NCBI GenBank assembly: GCA_963719945.1
Contig: CAVRDX010000001.1
Span: 842,199-906,198, forward strand
Reading direction: 5' to 3'
DNA: 64,000 bases
Origin: an uncultured Thermoplasmata archaeon
GTDB lineage: Archaea > Thermoplasmatota > Thermoplasmata > UBA10834
Below, in pieces: positions 20,030 through 30,030 of the stretch; within the stretch, counting starts at the first letter, position 1; every line of letters begins with the position of its first letter. A model generated the notes under the pieces. It was not told the origin of the DNA and did no database searches. It saw only the letters and a list, made by a program, of their open reading frames with translations. A program made the position numbers and the translations under genes.

Positions 20030-20374
20030 ATGATGCTATATCTGACAAGCTACAATCTGAAAGATGGGCGTGCTGGGGAATACTCTGCTTGGGTGAAGAA
20101 GAACAAGAAGAGCATACAGGACCATGCACCTCCGGGATGGAAGTTTCGCGGGATTTATGGATCTGTTCTGGGCTTTGGTCGGTATGATGTCACCGAGATA
20201 TGGGAGCTCAGGAAGTACGCTGACTTCGACACCTTCCGCGACTGGGACGACAAGGTCAGTCTCCGATTGCAGGCGGAAGCGCAAGACTTCATGCTACCCG
20301 GGGCGAATGAATCGACATTGCTTAGAGAAGTCAGCGATGTTGTGGTCATCGATCACAAGAAGCCGAAGAAGTGA
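20030..20374 (+). CDS. Hypothetical protein, possible dimeric alpha-beta barrel fold
   Basis: ATG 20030; GWKFRGIY...DVTEIWE..YADFD pattern. Confidence 0.65.
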   Translation: MMLYLTSYNLKDGRAGEYSAWVKKNKKSIQDHAPPGWKFRGIYGSVLGFGRYDVTEIWELRKYADFDTFRDWDDKVSLRLQAEAQDFMLPGANESTLLREVSDVVVIDHKKPKK

Positions 20375-20403
20375 ATCTAGTCGTCCTAAACCTTTTGGTC
20401 TTT

Positions 20404-20421
20404 CCGCCCCTATGGCCTTTT
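20404..20421. repeat. Cassette arm repeat, copy B
   Basis: CCGCCCCTATGGCCTTTT. Confidence 0.75.
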
Positions 20422-20756
20422 GCGCGCTCTCAGATGCGGTTCGAGGCGGGATTCGCCAAGACCGAATAACGACCGGTTCCAACGTCGTTGTCGCGACCGG
20501 TTACGACCTATCGTGACGCTCTATCGTGAAACACGATCTTCAAAGAGCTGTACTGGCGCCACCTGCTCGTCTGTAGCTCGTCTCATCTCGTGAGAACGGT
20601 GCGAGTGCCGGCACGCGCTTCGGACGCCTATTGATGCAAGGAATCATGAAGAGGAACAAGAAGGAGGAAAAGAAAAAGATCAAGAGGTTTCTCGGACTGG
20701 CCTTCTGCTATCGATAATGAATTAGAATCCGAGCCGCACTATCTGGCCGCGCACGA

Positions 20757-20807
20757 GTTCAGGCCCGGTTGGGCCCACTACATCTTATCTGGCTAAATTC
20801 TAATCAG
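20757..20807 (+). repeat. Copy 1 of tRNA-Val 3' end plus trailer (att-like)
   Basis: GTTCAGGCCCGGTTGGGCCCACTA...CTGGCTA...AATCAG versus tRNA GTTCGAATCCGGTTGGGCCCACTA...CTGGCTA...AATCAG. Confidence 0.85.
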
Positions 20808-20913
20808 CGTTTTGGGTTTTTCGCAACAGGTGCTTCCCAGGCTGTCGCATGAGGGAGAACGCGGGTTCGAATTTAATCAGTGACAGAGCGTCTATATTAC
20901 CACGGACACCATT

Positions 20914-21525
20914 ATGGGTCCGAGGGGAAAAATGGCGGGGTCGTCGGGAAACTCGAAGAGCAGTGTAATTCTGACGTTCGTCGCAGTGTTCTTCGTTATG
21001 GCATCAGCATGGATGACATGGTACACCATCTCCAACGAGCATACGACTGTGTCCGAGTATTGGCTGGACCACTTCGATCCGGAATGGGGCAATTATGGAG
21101 TCGAGACATATGACATCTATGACCAGGTTGACGAAGTGATGTTGGGACTGAAGTTTTTCACCATTCTGTGGTTCCTTGCAGCTCTATTCTTTGTGGGTCA
21201 AATCATGACAGACAAATCCGGTCCTATCAGGGAAATCATCGCGGGTGCAACTCCTATTGCTTTGGGCATTGGGATGCTGGCATACTTTGCACTAGCGTTC
21301 CCTGGAGCTTGTCCTTCACCGTTAGTCTCAGGATTCTTTTCGAGCACAACGGTCGGCGGCGTCGTGTATACAGGAAGCCCCGGAGGAGGATTTTATCTGG
21401 TTGCAGTAGCCTGTGTATTTCAGGCATTGGCAGTAACGCTTCGTTTCAAATCAGTCTTCTCAAAACCGCGTTCGCCTGAACCCACCGCATGCGAGGCTCG
21501 CGTTGGCACGGAACCCCCGAAGTGA
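20914..21525 (+). CDS. Hypothetical 4-TM membrane protein
   Basis: Four hydrophobic segments; sole gene between two att-like repeats. Confidence 0.75.
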   Translation: MGPRGKMAGSSGNSKSSVILTFVAVFFVMASAWMTWYTISNEHTTVSEYWLDHFDPEWGNYGVETYDIYDQVDEVMLGLKFFTILWFLAALFFVGQIMTDKSGPIREIIAGATPIALGIGMLAYFALAFPGACPSPLVSGFFSSTTVGGVVYTGSPGGGFYLVAVACVFQALAVTLRFKSVFSKPRSPEPTACEARVGTEPPK

Positions 21526-21663
21526 GCTGCATCATATCCGACGGATCAGACCTAATGAAATTTCGTGCAGAGAAGGTTTGAGGAAGGAAAGAAGAAAATG
21601 ATCTGCTGCGTTCCACCTCGAAATCCCCAGATTGCAGATTAGATTACAGCTAGTGTGCCCTAC

Positions 21664-21685
21664 TCGAATCGGGTTGGGCCCACTA
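21664..21685 (+). repeat. Copy 2 of tRNA-Val 3' end (att-like)
   Basis: TCGAATCGGGTTGGGCCCACTA, 21/22 identical to 19377-19398. Confidence 0.88.
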
Positions 21686-21927
21686 CATATTCTTGCCAGA
21701 TAATGGACTACAGGATTCAGACCGCATGATTTCGCATACTTCGAAGTCTTGAGCCTTTATGCTGAATGACGCTTGGTTCGGGACCAAATAGACCCACTCT
21801 TGAGACGTTTTGAATACATAGAGAATGCGAGCCGAGAACCATGGAATTCAAGACCATTCCACGATGGTCGTATGTTTCGATGCAAATAGAGGCACATTAA
21901 TGCACAACAAGTGATAGGGAATCGACA

Positions 21928-22467
21928 TCAAATCACAAGATCATCCCATATCTCAAGGAACCCGTCAGTCAGGCTTGTCAGCTGTGGATTGAATCGCAAT
22001 AGTATCTTCTCGATTCTTGCGGGATCAGAAATGAGATACTCAGAAGTGTTGCCATTCCTGGAAACCACACCGACTGCAAGGAGTTTCTCAAGGTGGTGAC
22101 TAACCGTGGATGGTGATTTCCTGACGCCATGAACAATCTCTCCGTGAGTCATAGCTCCATTCCTCAGGATTAGAATCGTGATTCTGAACGGGACCCGTTG
22201 CCTCAGAAGACTTACAATGCGCTTATCAGGGGCACTGAAATGGCTCCAGTCTGCACCAATGGCGTCCCTCGGAAAGTAACGCTTGTACTGTCCATCCTGA
22301 ATGGAATATACAAGCTCGCGCTTCTCAAGATAAAGGAGATGATAGTCGACCAGGTTCGCGGAGAGTCTGACCTCCCTGCCAATCTCCCTGAGATGCATGC
22401 CAGGATACTTGCAGACTGCATCGAATATCCGGCGACGACTATCCAGTTCAAGCGCGAGCTCGTTCAA
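21928..22467 (-). CDS. Double winged-HTH transcriptional regulator
   Basis: PGMHLREIGR..LVDYHL and KSPSTVSHHLEKL; SD GGAGG before TTG. Confidence 0.85.
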   Translation of the reverse strand: MNELALELDSRRRIFDAVCKYPGMHLREIGREVRLSANLVDYHLLYLEKRELVYSIQDGQYKRYFPRDAIGADWSHFSAPDKRIVSLLRQRVPFRITILILRNGAMTHGEIVHGVRKSPSTVSHHLEKLLAVGVVSRNGNTSEYLISDPARIEKILLRFNPQLTSLTDGFLEIWDDLVI

Positions 22468-22477
22468 GAGAAACCTC

Positions 22478-22738
22478 CTAGGGTTTCAATGTCGCCAGAA
22501 AGATTGATGCAAGAATGCCAATATCCAATAGCCCAGATGTAATCCATAGGTTGGTATCATTGAGGACGTCGGTGAACAACTGGACGGACAACAGAATACC
22601 TTTCGCGAAGAACAACATGAATGCGAAAACAATCAGCAGAGTCTTCGATTTCCCAGATTCTCTAAATGCCTTGGCCGCAATGATAGCCAGTGTGAGCGAG
22701 AAGATCACGATAAACGCATAGACCAAATTCTCAAGCAT
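22478..22738 (-). CDS. Small 3-TM protein co-transcribed with the regulator
   Basis: Three hydrophobic helices; SD GGAGGAG. Confidence 0.75.
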   Translation of the reverse strand: MLENLVYAFIVIFSLTLAIIAAKAFRESGKSKTLLIVFAFMLFFAKGILLSVQLFTDVLNDTNLWITSGLLDIGILASIFLATLKP

Positions 22739-22775
22739 AGAAACTCCTCCATATCAAGGGGAATGTGGTTGCTCC

Positions 22776-23792
22776 TTAATGATTCCTTGAGCTACGATCA
22801 CGTTTCACAAATGCAATGGACATAACAACGATACCAGAGGCTACTCCGAGACCAGACAGATAGAGCACTGGATCTGGACTTAGATCATCTGAATCCGAAT
22901 AGTAGGTCATGTTGCTTCGAACCTTGAAAACAACATCCTGGATCAGAGTATTCGCCTTCGGATAGGACAACGTGAGATTTCCTTCATCCCAACTACCTGC
23001 GGCTCCCAATCCTATTGTGCTGCCATCAACGCACATGCTATTCCTCCACTGGATAGACCCGCCTGCGAAAGGCTGAGCTGTCGTTATGTTCAATAATATG
23101 CCAGTATTAGATTCAAGATATGACATTCCCGCGCTTGACTGGGACCGGATCAATATCCTTACTCCAATCGCATTGCTCTCATCCGAGAAGTTGTAACGCG
23201 AGATTCTCAGACTCATATGAATCTCAGTTGGATCAATATCACCGCCTAAAGTGAAGAACACATAATTCGAATTTGTGACGAAGACCAGCGTAACCAGCCC
23301 GTCCTCGGATATTGCAGTGTAGGTGGTTCTAGTTCCCCAATCCGGCGTATTCTCGCATAATGGTTGGGACAGTGTGAATCTCTCATTCGAGATATCAACG
23401 CTGGAGATCACAGAGTCCTCAGGACCAAAGGAAGTGCTTCCATTGTTCTGGAATTCGAAGACCGACAATATCGAGAAACTCATGCTCCAATTTAGCGGGC
23501 CAGGCACATAGATACCGTTGGCCAATTCATTGAAGTCGCTGGGGATCAGAATAGGGGAGCTTTGACGGATATAATCGATATCGAAGGTCCCATCAGAAAA
23601 TGATGCGAGAAATGCATCAGGACTATTGGATTTTGACTGTGTCGATAATGCATAGAACTCGTCTGAAGTTGAAACAGCAACGCCAGATCGTCCTGCAGGC
23701 AGATCACTCGCAGCAACCGAGCAGGATACCATGATAAGAACTGCCATTGTAACAACCGACATGCAGCCAAATGCCCCATTTCTTCGAACCAT
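22776..23792 (-). CDS. Secreted protein with C-terminal membrane anchor
   Basis: Signal-like N-terminus, Ser/Asn-rich beta region, DP motif before a C-terminal TM and basic tail; start uncertain. Confidence 0.7.
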   Translation of the reverse strand: MVRRNGAFGCMSVVTMAVLIMVSCSVAASDLPAGRSGVAVSTSDEFYALSTQSKSNSPDAFLASFSDGTFDIDYIRQSSPILIPSDFNELANGIYVPGPLNWSMSFSILSVFEFQNNGSTSFGPEDSVISSVDISNERFTLSQPLCENTPDWGTRTTYTAISEDGLVTLVFVTNSNYVFFTLGGDIDPTEIHMSLRISRYNFSDESNAIGVRILIRSQSSAGMSYLESNTGILLNITTAQPFAGGSIQWRNSMCVDGSTIGLGAAGSWDEGNLTLSYPKANTLIQDVVFKVRSNMTYYSDSDDLSPDPVLYLSGLGVASGIVVMSIAFVKRDRSSRNH

Positions 23793-23991
23793 ATATAACA
23801 TGAAAAACAGGGGGCTCGTGAATATAATACGGTTATTGGACAACGGTCGAATTCGAACGAACTTGATAGGCTATATGAGCGACCCTTCACGCGAATATAT
23901 TCGTTTGATAGAAATATGAAAGGGTTTATGGGCTGGCCCTGGAAATTCAGATTGGATTGGAATCAAAAATACACTGCCTGGCCTACGGTTT

Positions 23992-24042
23992 GTTCAGGCC
24001 CGATTGGGCCCACTATAGCCCTTCCAGCCATTTTTCAATCAG
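23992..24042 (+). repeat. Copy 3 of tRNA-Val 3' end plus trailer (att-like)
   Basis: GTTCAGGCCCGATTGGGCCCACTAT...TTTTTCAATCAG. Confidence 0.85.
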
Positions 24043-24223
24043 ACGGTATCGCGCGCCGAGAAGAATGACTATTGCGCATTCATCGTCCATAGCGCTTGGA
24101 GACCCTCAGACAACTCCTGACGTCGGCTATCTCGTCGGACCATTCAATCTGAATCATTGTCCAGATCGCAGCGTTTCGAGAAATGATCCTGGCACGCCAA
24201 TAGGAATGCTGAGCCCATTCTTC

Positions 24224-24958
24224 TCAATTCCACCAGTGGATATCATCATTCAACTCTTCGCTATGCCAAGAATAGAATTTGCCATCGTGCAGCGCGCAAC
24301 TATACTCGCCCCAATATGCGTACACCGACTGAGGTGGCGCATAGACGAGGGCAAATCGATAGATGACATCGTTCCAGATAGATGGTGATTCGAAGAGAAT
24401 ACTATCCCCTTGATTGAATTCCCCATCCCCGATGATATCGGTAATGATGAAACTATGGATATCGGCAGATACTTGCGTTCCTGAACTCAGCATTTCTTGA
24501 ATTGTGAGATTCGCAAGAGGAAATACGGTATATCCGATTGCACCATCGCTGATTGCCCCGCAATAACATTGCATATATGTGTAGTTAGTAGCGATGGACG
24601 GATCCAAATTCGAGACCCATTCAATTCCTTCATCGGTCAGGATTAGTGGCGTATCTTCGGAGGGATATGGTGGCCAAATGTAACTCTCAAGGTTCCATGA
24701 ATATGCGAGAATGCAGCTCAGCACCAACATGGCAGCGATTGCGAGAATAATAGTCCGTCGAGGACCACTCTTCAGATTCTCTCGGATGAATTCACGAATG
24801 ACTTCGGTGTCAGACATCCGTTTCTGAGATGATTCATTCGTCACAAATAGGAGCGCGCCGCATGATATGCAGAACTCCATAGCATCATGATTCTCAGTAG
24901 CGCATCTCGGGCACTTTATCAGACTTCCCACAACCGTATGTGGAATGTCATCGAGCAA
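24224..24958 (-). CDS. Zinc ribbon, TM and extracellular domain protein
   Basis: CPRC..N....FCISCG, one TM, DIIGDGEFNQGD; start uncertain. Confidence 0.75.
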   Translation of the reverse strand: MLDDIPHTVVGSLIKCPRCATENHDAMEFCISCGALLFVTNESSQKRMSDTEVIREFIRENLKSGPRRTIILAIAAMLVLSCILAYSWNLESYIWPPYPSEDTPLILTDEGIEWVSNLDPSIATNYTYMQCYCGAISDGAIGYTVFPLANLTIQEMLSSGTQVSADIHSFIITDIIGDGEFNQGDSILFESPSIWNDVIYRFALVYAPPQSVYAYWGEYSCALHDGKFYSWHSEELNDDIHWWN

Positions 24959-25087
24959 TATCTTCTTTTCTCTCTATCTGTACCAAAGAGAGTGGCTCTG
25001 ATCATCAACTGGTTCACACCTATCCCAGTTCGCGCACACATTCTCGATTGTGGCTGCGGAATCCCACAAGAAAGGAGATATCCATCC

Positions 25088-25603
25088 ATGATAGTACAGG
25101 AAGATGCGATGGAAGACACAATCACGTGCCCAGCCTGCGGCACATTAATCAGGTCGGATTCAACGTTCTGCAGATCCTGCGGAAAGTCGATCAGGAAATG
25201 CCCGAGCTGCAGCTCCATCATCCTTGAGGGGGTCATGTTCTGTCCGAATTGCGAGACGCCGCTTTTTCAGACAAATGAACATTCGGAGACTTCACCGCAG
25301 AATGTCGATTCGGAGACTACACACCTCATATGGGAAGGGGTTCCGTTTTCCGGGCTGCAAAAGACATCCCAGACCAAGCGCCAGTGGAGGATAACAGTCG
25401 TGATATTCGCGACATACGCGATCGCCTGTATATTGATGATCGCATGGATCATGCTGAAGAAATCCACTGAAGACGTGTGCTGTATCTCGGGGTTTGTCAT
25501 CGGATTGGCATTCTTCAGTGCATTCACCTTGTGGGTCAGATATTGGGTTGGTCGAAGCGGGGCTGAACACGAAGAGCGCAAGAAGTGGAAAGATCCATTG
25601 TAG
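25088..25603 (+). CDS. Double zinc-ribbon protein with 2 C-terminal TMs
   Basis: CPACG/FCRSCG/CPSC/FCPNC; SD AGGAG before ATG 25088. Confidence 0.75.
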   Translation: MIVQEDAMEDTITCPACGTLIRSDSTFCRSCGKSIRKCPSCSSIILEGVMFCPNCETPLFQTNEHSETSPQNVDSETTHLIWEGVPFSGLQKTSQTKRQWRITVVIFATYAIACILMIAWIMLKKSTEDVCCISGFVIGLAFFSAFTLWVRYWVGRSGAEHEERKKWKDPL

Positions 25604-25707
25604 GCAAATTGAGCCACCGCACAGCCTACGACTTCTCGTGTCGGCGGGAGATACGATTCAGCCATGAACGCACAGGTTGAATCCTTCCAAGAAGATCAGG
25701 CGATGAT

Positions 25708-26223
25708 TCAGAGGAAGATGCTATCGAGTTCCTGCAGACTCGCGGTATCGCATATCTCTTCCGCGAACCGTACATGCTCCTCATTAGCCGACGCCACGCC
25801 CCCTTTTAGCAGGTAGGGACGGATGTCCCAGTCAGGAGCGCTGAAGTAAGTCGCCAGCACACACCCGCTCGCACTAAGCCCCACAATCACCAGAGCGTCA
25901 CATCCTTCTTTCTTGAGCATAGCTCCAAACTCGGGATTGCCAAAGGCGCTCGCATGAAGCTTCGTGGCCTTCAGGTCGGTCTTCTCGATCTTGACCGTCT
26001 CCGGGACTTCGAAACGTCTTGTCCCTGGCAGCAATCCGTCCTCCTTATCCTCGGTATATCCCACGACGATAGGGAACTTGTTCCTTCTGAACCAAGCGAT
26101 CGCGTCGTTGATGACATCAAGGCGCATCTCCACGGACTTCCTCAAGTCCTGGTTGCTATCAGGGTCGTACAACCAGACATTCTGTATATCCTGGACGAGT
26201 AATGCGGGTTTCATTTCACTCAT
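25708..26223 (-). CDS. Isochorismatase-family cysteine hydrolase
   Basis: ALLVQDIQN, K..ASAF, VGLSASGCV (D-K-C triad). Confidence 0.88.
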   Translation of the reverse strand: MSEMKPALLVQDIQNVWLYDPDSNQDLRKSVEMRLDVINDAIAWFRRNKFPIVVGYTEDKEDGLLPGTRRFEVPETVKIEKTDLKATKLHASAFGNPEFGAMLKKEGCDALVIVGLSASGCVLATYFSAPDWDIRPYLLKGGVASANEEHVRFAEEICDTASLQELDSIFL

Positions 26224-26378
26224 CCTTGAAATGCGTCTGCCATTAATATTGATTATTGATATGTCTGGTCAGGCAATAGTCGCATCTCAATTGAGGAAAA
26301 GAGGAGACGTCCAGACGATACTCGTTTTACTAACATGAGCATGCTCATGACTTCAATTGAAGATAGAAATTGCAGCCG

Positions 26379-27437
26379 CTAACAATTGATATCCCTTCTA
26401 TAGAGAGAGATAACGGTTATGCCAACCAATATGCCTGTCAGTACTGCCAGGAATAATGCACTCAGCAATGGATCAGGATAAAATTCATAATACGGGACAG
26501 ACCCGTTCAGATCGATGATATCCTGAGGATAGTCATCGAGAAGAAGCGATCGATTGATTGTCTCCGCAGCGAATGATGGTAGGAACCATGGTTTGACACC
26601 ACCTGAGATTAGAATCTGCTGAAGGATCGGAAACAATGCGATGAGGAGCAGAAAAGCGAATACGATAGATCCTGTTGAATTCTTCGAAATAGAACTGATG
26701 GCATAGGCAAAGGCCAGGCATGCTGCGAAATATAGCAATGACAATGCCAACGAGATCAGAAGGTAATCAGGGAGAGTCCCGAGCCCAGAGTATATTAGAG
26801 CAGACATTGCCAGATAGAATGAGACGATTGCCACTATTCCAACCATCAGGCTTGCGATGAATTTGCCAATCACGATAGCGATTCGTTTCACAGGATTCGG
26901 ATATACAAGATATGCAGTTCGATTCTGTATCTCGCCTGCGAGCGAATCCGAGCCAACGAGAATCGCGATTATCACAATCATATAAGGGAGAATGATCATC
27001 AGCTTATCGGCCATTTCGATTGGATAGTACCCCCAATCATAGGTGACTTCGAGCATATTATCACTGAGGTCTGATTTAAACAATATCGGACCATCTGCAT
27101 ATAGCCAATCATCTACTGAAATCAGAGTGCCGTTGAGCCTGATTTCGATGCTCTCTGGAAAGATCCGCCAATTGAGATAATAGATCATTGAATGATATCC
27201 GGTGGAGTATTCGCTCTCAACAGGAGCAGGCATTATGAATTCGACAGAGTGACCGGAATACTCGTCGCCAAATGCAAGAGGCAAGTAGTACAGCATCAGG
27301 ACGATACCGACGGAAAGTGCCATGATTGAGACGAACCTGAACCCTTTGATATATCTGATGAGTTCGAGACGGGCAATCACAGAGATCTGTGCCAAATCGG
27401 AGGGAACTCTTGATCCAGGAACCTTCCGGTCAGTCAT
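26379..27437 (-). CDS. ABC-2 type transporter permease
   Basis: AGEIQNRT..YPNPVKR..IGKF motif; multiple TMs. Confidence 0.88.
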   Translation of the reverse strand: MTDRKVPGSRVPSDLAQISVIARLELIRYIKGFRFVSIMALSVGIVLMLYYLPLAFGDEYSGHSVEFIMPAPVESEYSTGYHSMIYYLNWRIFPESIEIRLNGTLISVDDWLYADGPILFKSDLSDNMLEVTYDWGYYPIEMADKLMIILPYMIVIIAILVGSDSLAGEIQNRTAYLVYPNPVKRIAIVIGKFIASLMVGIVAIVSFYLAMSALIYSGLGTLPDYLLISLALSLLYFAACLAFAYAISSISKNSTGSIVFAFLLLIALFPILQQILISGGVKPWFLPSFAAETINRSLLLDDYPQDIIDLNGSVPYYEFYPDPLLSALFLAVLTGILVGITVISLYRRDINC

Positions 27438-28383
27438 ACTGCTCAGCCTCCGACTCGGCGATCCTGTCGAGGTATATGCTCTCGAGAGAGGGACCGCGAG
27501 GGACGAACGAACTGACGGATAATCCCAACGACATCAATAAGCGCAAGATATTGTGCCTATTCGCAACATCTCCGTTCGAGCAGCTGATCCTGAATATCGT
27601 CGGAGACAACGATTCAACGGAGATAATCCCGTCCAGCTCATTGATTCGGCCTCGAACTTCAGGAGATGGAGCGGTGGCGAATTCGACTTCGATAATGCAG
27701 GATTTAGATATCTGTTTTAGATTCTCGATGTCATCATAGAGAAGGAGCCGCCCATGATCGATTAGCGCTATGGAATCGCATATCTCCTGCACCTCATTCA
27801 GCATATGGGAGTTCAGGAGAATCGTGATCTTCATGGATCTCAGAGTCTTCAGGATTCCCCTGATGTGAACCATACCAGTCGGGTCGAGCCCGCTCGTGGG
27901 TTCATCGAGAATCAGTACGGTAGGTTCGTGAAGCAATGCCTGAGCAAGGGCCAGTCTCTGCTTCATCCCCTTTGAGAATCCGCCCACCCTCGAATCTGCC
28001 CTATCCGACAGCTTGAATTCTTTCAGCAATTCGGTTGTTCTGCTACGGATGAGGACATCATCCATACCTCTGAGCTGGCCAAGGAATCTCAGAATCCTCA
28101 CAGGTGTGAGCTGAGGGTAGAACTCAGGGCTCTCAACGACCGAACCTACATCGGACAGAGCAACCTTGGGTTCCTTCCGAACCTCGATGTCATTGATATA
28201 CGCAGTCCCTGAGGTCGGCGAAACCAGATTCGTCAGTATCTTGGCGGTGGTCGTCTTCCCCGCTCCATTCGGCCCGAGAAATCCTAAGACCGAACCATGA
28301 GGAACATTCAAAGATAGATGATCGACGGCGACCAGCGATCCAGAATATACCTTCGTCAGATTCTCTATCCTTATCGAACCCAT
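27430..28383 (-). CDS. ABC transporter ATP-binding protein
   Basis: GPNGAGKT, FSKGMKQR, LILDEPTSGLD. Confidence 0.95.
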   Translation of the reverse strand: MGSIRIENLTKVYSGSLVAVDHLSLNVPHGSVLGFLGPNGAGKTTTAKILTNLVSPTSGTAYINDIEVRKEPKVALSDVGSVVESPEFYPQLTPVRILRFLGQLRGMDDVLIRSRTTELLKEFKLSDRADSRVGGFSKGMKQRLALAQALLHEPTVLILDEPTSGLDPTGMVHIRGILKTLRSMKITILLNSHMLNEVQEICDSIALIDHGRLLLYDDIENLKQISKSCIIEVEFATAPSPEVRGRINELDGIISVESLSPTIFRISCSNGDVANRHNILRLLMSLGLSVSSFVPRGPSLESIYLDRIAESEAEQYD

Positions 28384-28650
28384 CCCATCAGCCCGAGATA
28401 CATGCCTTGAGCTACATGAGAGCAACATCGTGAGGATATTATGCTTTCGGGATGTAGATTCCAGGGACTGGGAAGTGCTAGCCCTTGCATCAGGATTCTG
28501 AGGAGAATCCTGTGTAGATCGAAGGCGTTAGAGCATGATGATTTTAGATTGAAAGTCCCGAAAGAATCATATCGCGCGATTGTGCTATTTGACCTCGGTC
28601 AGCGTCCGATCTTCGACCTTTGGGGGGGTCTGATTAGACGCTGAGGGGGA

Positions 28651-29886
28651 ATGACAAGAATGAGGAGTGGTTCGAGTTTAGGAGCGGTAGCGGTCCTTGT
28701 GATCATGCTCGCCCTAGGCCTTTCTTCACCGATGTCTGCGGGCGACGGCGAGAAGGCCTGGACGGTTATGATATACCTGGACGCGGACAACAATCTCGAA
28801 GACGCTGCATGGATGAACATGGAGTGGCTCGAGAGTGTTGGGTCGGATGAGAATGTGAACTTCTTGGTACTGTTGGATACGCTCTCAGGCAAGACTGACC
28901 TCCTGTATGTGGAACACGAAGTGTCCACACCAGTGGGGAAGGACTATGGCTATCCAAAAGAAGAGAATATGGGAGATCCTGCGGTGCTTCAGAAGTTCAT
29001 AGAGATCGGCATCGAGGATTATCCTGCGTTGTACTACGCGGTCATCCTGTGGGATCATGGTGGCGGATGGAGAGGAATCTGCTGGGATGATTCATACGAG
29101 GAAGACACAGGAATAGAGGATTGCATCACGATGTCGGAGATGAGAGAGGCGTTCGCAGGCGCTTGCGATGCAAAGGATGAGATCATAGACATCGTCGGAT
29201 TCGATGCATGTCTGATGGCGATGCCTGAGGTATCCTACGAGTTGAGAGACTACGCAAAATACGTCATATTCAGCGAGGAGACGATCTACGGAACCAGCTT
29301 CCCGTACGAGATGATTGCGCAGGACCTCGTGGACGAGCCGACGATGGACCCACTGGCATGCGTCAGAATGATGGCCGAGGATTACAGCGAATTCTATCTG
29401 ACCAACAACGGGTACCCGGACTGGACGATCAGCATCATGGACATGGATTATATGAGTGAGGTCACAGCGGCTGTGGACTACCTCGGGGAGGAGCTCCTCG
29501 AGTCCCTGCCATACTACTTCAACGCTTACCAGAACGCGAGGGTCATGTCTGACGAATACTACTACTTCTACAACATAGATCTGCGCAACTTCGTGGACAA
29601 TCTGTTGGTGGACCCAGTCATCAAAGACAAAGGCATCAGGGAAGCCGCGATGCAAGTGGATAAGGCGATCGGTGACAGCATAATACTGTGCCTGAACAGC
29701 TTCCACAACCGCGATTCCGAAGGTCTCGCAATATACTTCCCATACGCGCCTGGAAGCACTATTGCAGGCCTGAAGCCCGAGTATGAAGACATATCCTTCG
29801 CGAAGACGGGTACCAGCTGGTACGACTTCGTCGAGGCGTTCTCCAAGTTCACGGGACGCGCATGGGGAGGGGCGAAATTCGCCTAG
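28651..29886 (+). CDS. Secreted clostripain-family (C11) cysteine peptidase
   Basis: Signal peptide, WTVMIYLDADNNL, WDHGGG (His), GFDACLM (Cys), GLAIYFP. Confidence 0.92.
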   Translation: MTRMRSGSSLGAVAVLVIMLALGLSSPMSAGDGEKAWTVMIYLDADNNLEDAAWMNMEWLESVGSDENVNFLVLLDTLSGKTDLLYVEHEVSTPVGKDYGYPKEENMGDPAVLQKFIEIGIEDYPALYYAVILWDHGGGWRGICWDDSYEEDTGIEDCITMSEMREAFAGACDAKDEIIDIVGFDACLMAMPEVSYELRDYAKYVIFSEETIYGTSFPYEMIAQDLVDEPTMDPLACVRMMAEDYSEFYLTNNGYPDWTISIMDMDYMSEVTAAVDYLGEELLESLPYYFNAYQNARVMSDEYYYFYNIDLRNFVDNLLVDPVIKDKGIREAAMQVDKAIGDSIILCLNSFHNRDSEGLAIYFPYAPGSTIAGLKPEYEDISFAKTGTSWYDFVEAFSKFTGRAWGGAKFA

Positions 29887-30030
29887 ATGAGCCCATGGAA
29901 ACCGGTCAAACCATTTCCATCACTTTTCCATCATGAACAGGTTTCAATCGATATTCGGGATAACCTGAAAATGCTTTCATGCGCATGATATGAAAGAGAT
30001 GATTCGGAAAGACCCTAGGAGGGCTTTCGT

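Larger units (their letters stand above)
19396..28500. mobile_element. Accessory island at the tRNA-Val 3' end, built of tandem units; no integrase seen
   Basis: Starts at the tRNA, contains three copies of the tRNA 3' end, visibly more AT-rich, orphan membrane genes; right border approximate. Confidence 0.7.

Noticed and set aside
20433-20456. Minus-strand CGAATCCCGCCTCGAACCGCA as another tRNA fragment next to arm B
   Set aside because: Only partly tRNA-like and cannot be assigned to a tRNA without the genome
19396-28500. Provirus or IS element
   Set aside because: No integrase, transposase, capsid, packaging or replication motifs recognised in any ORF
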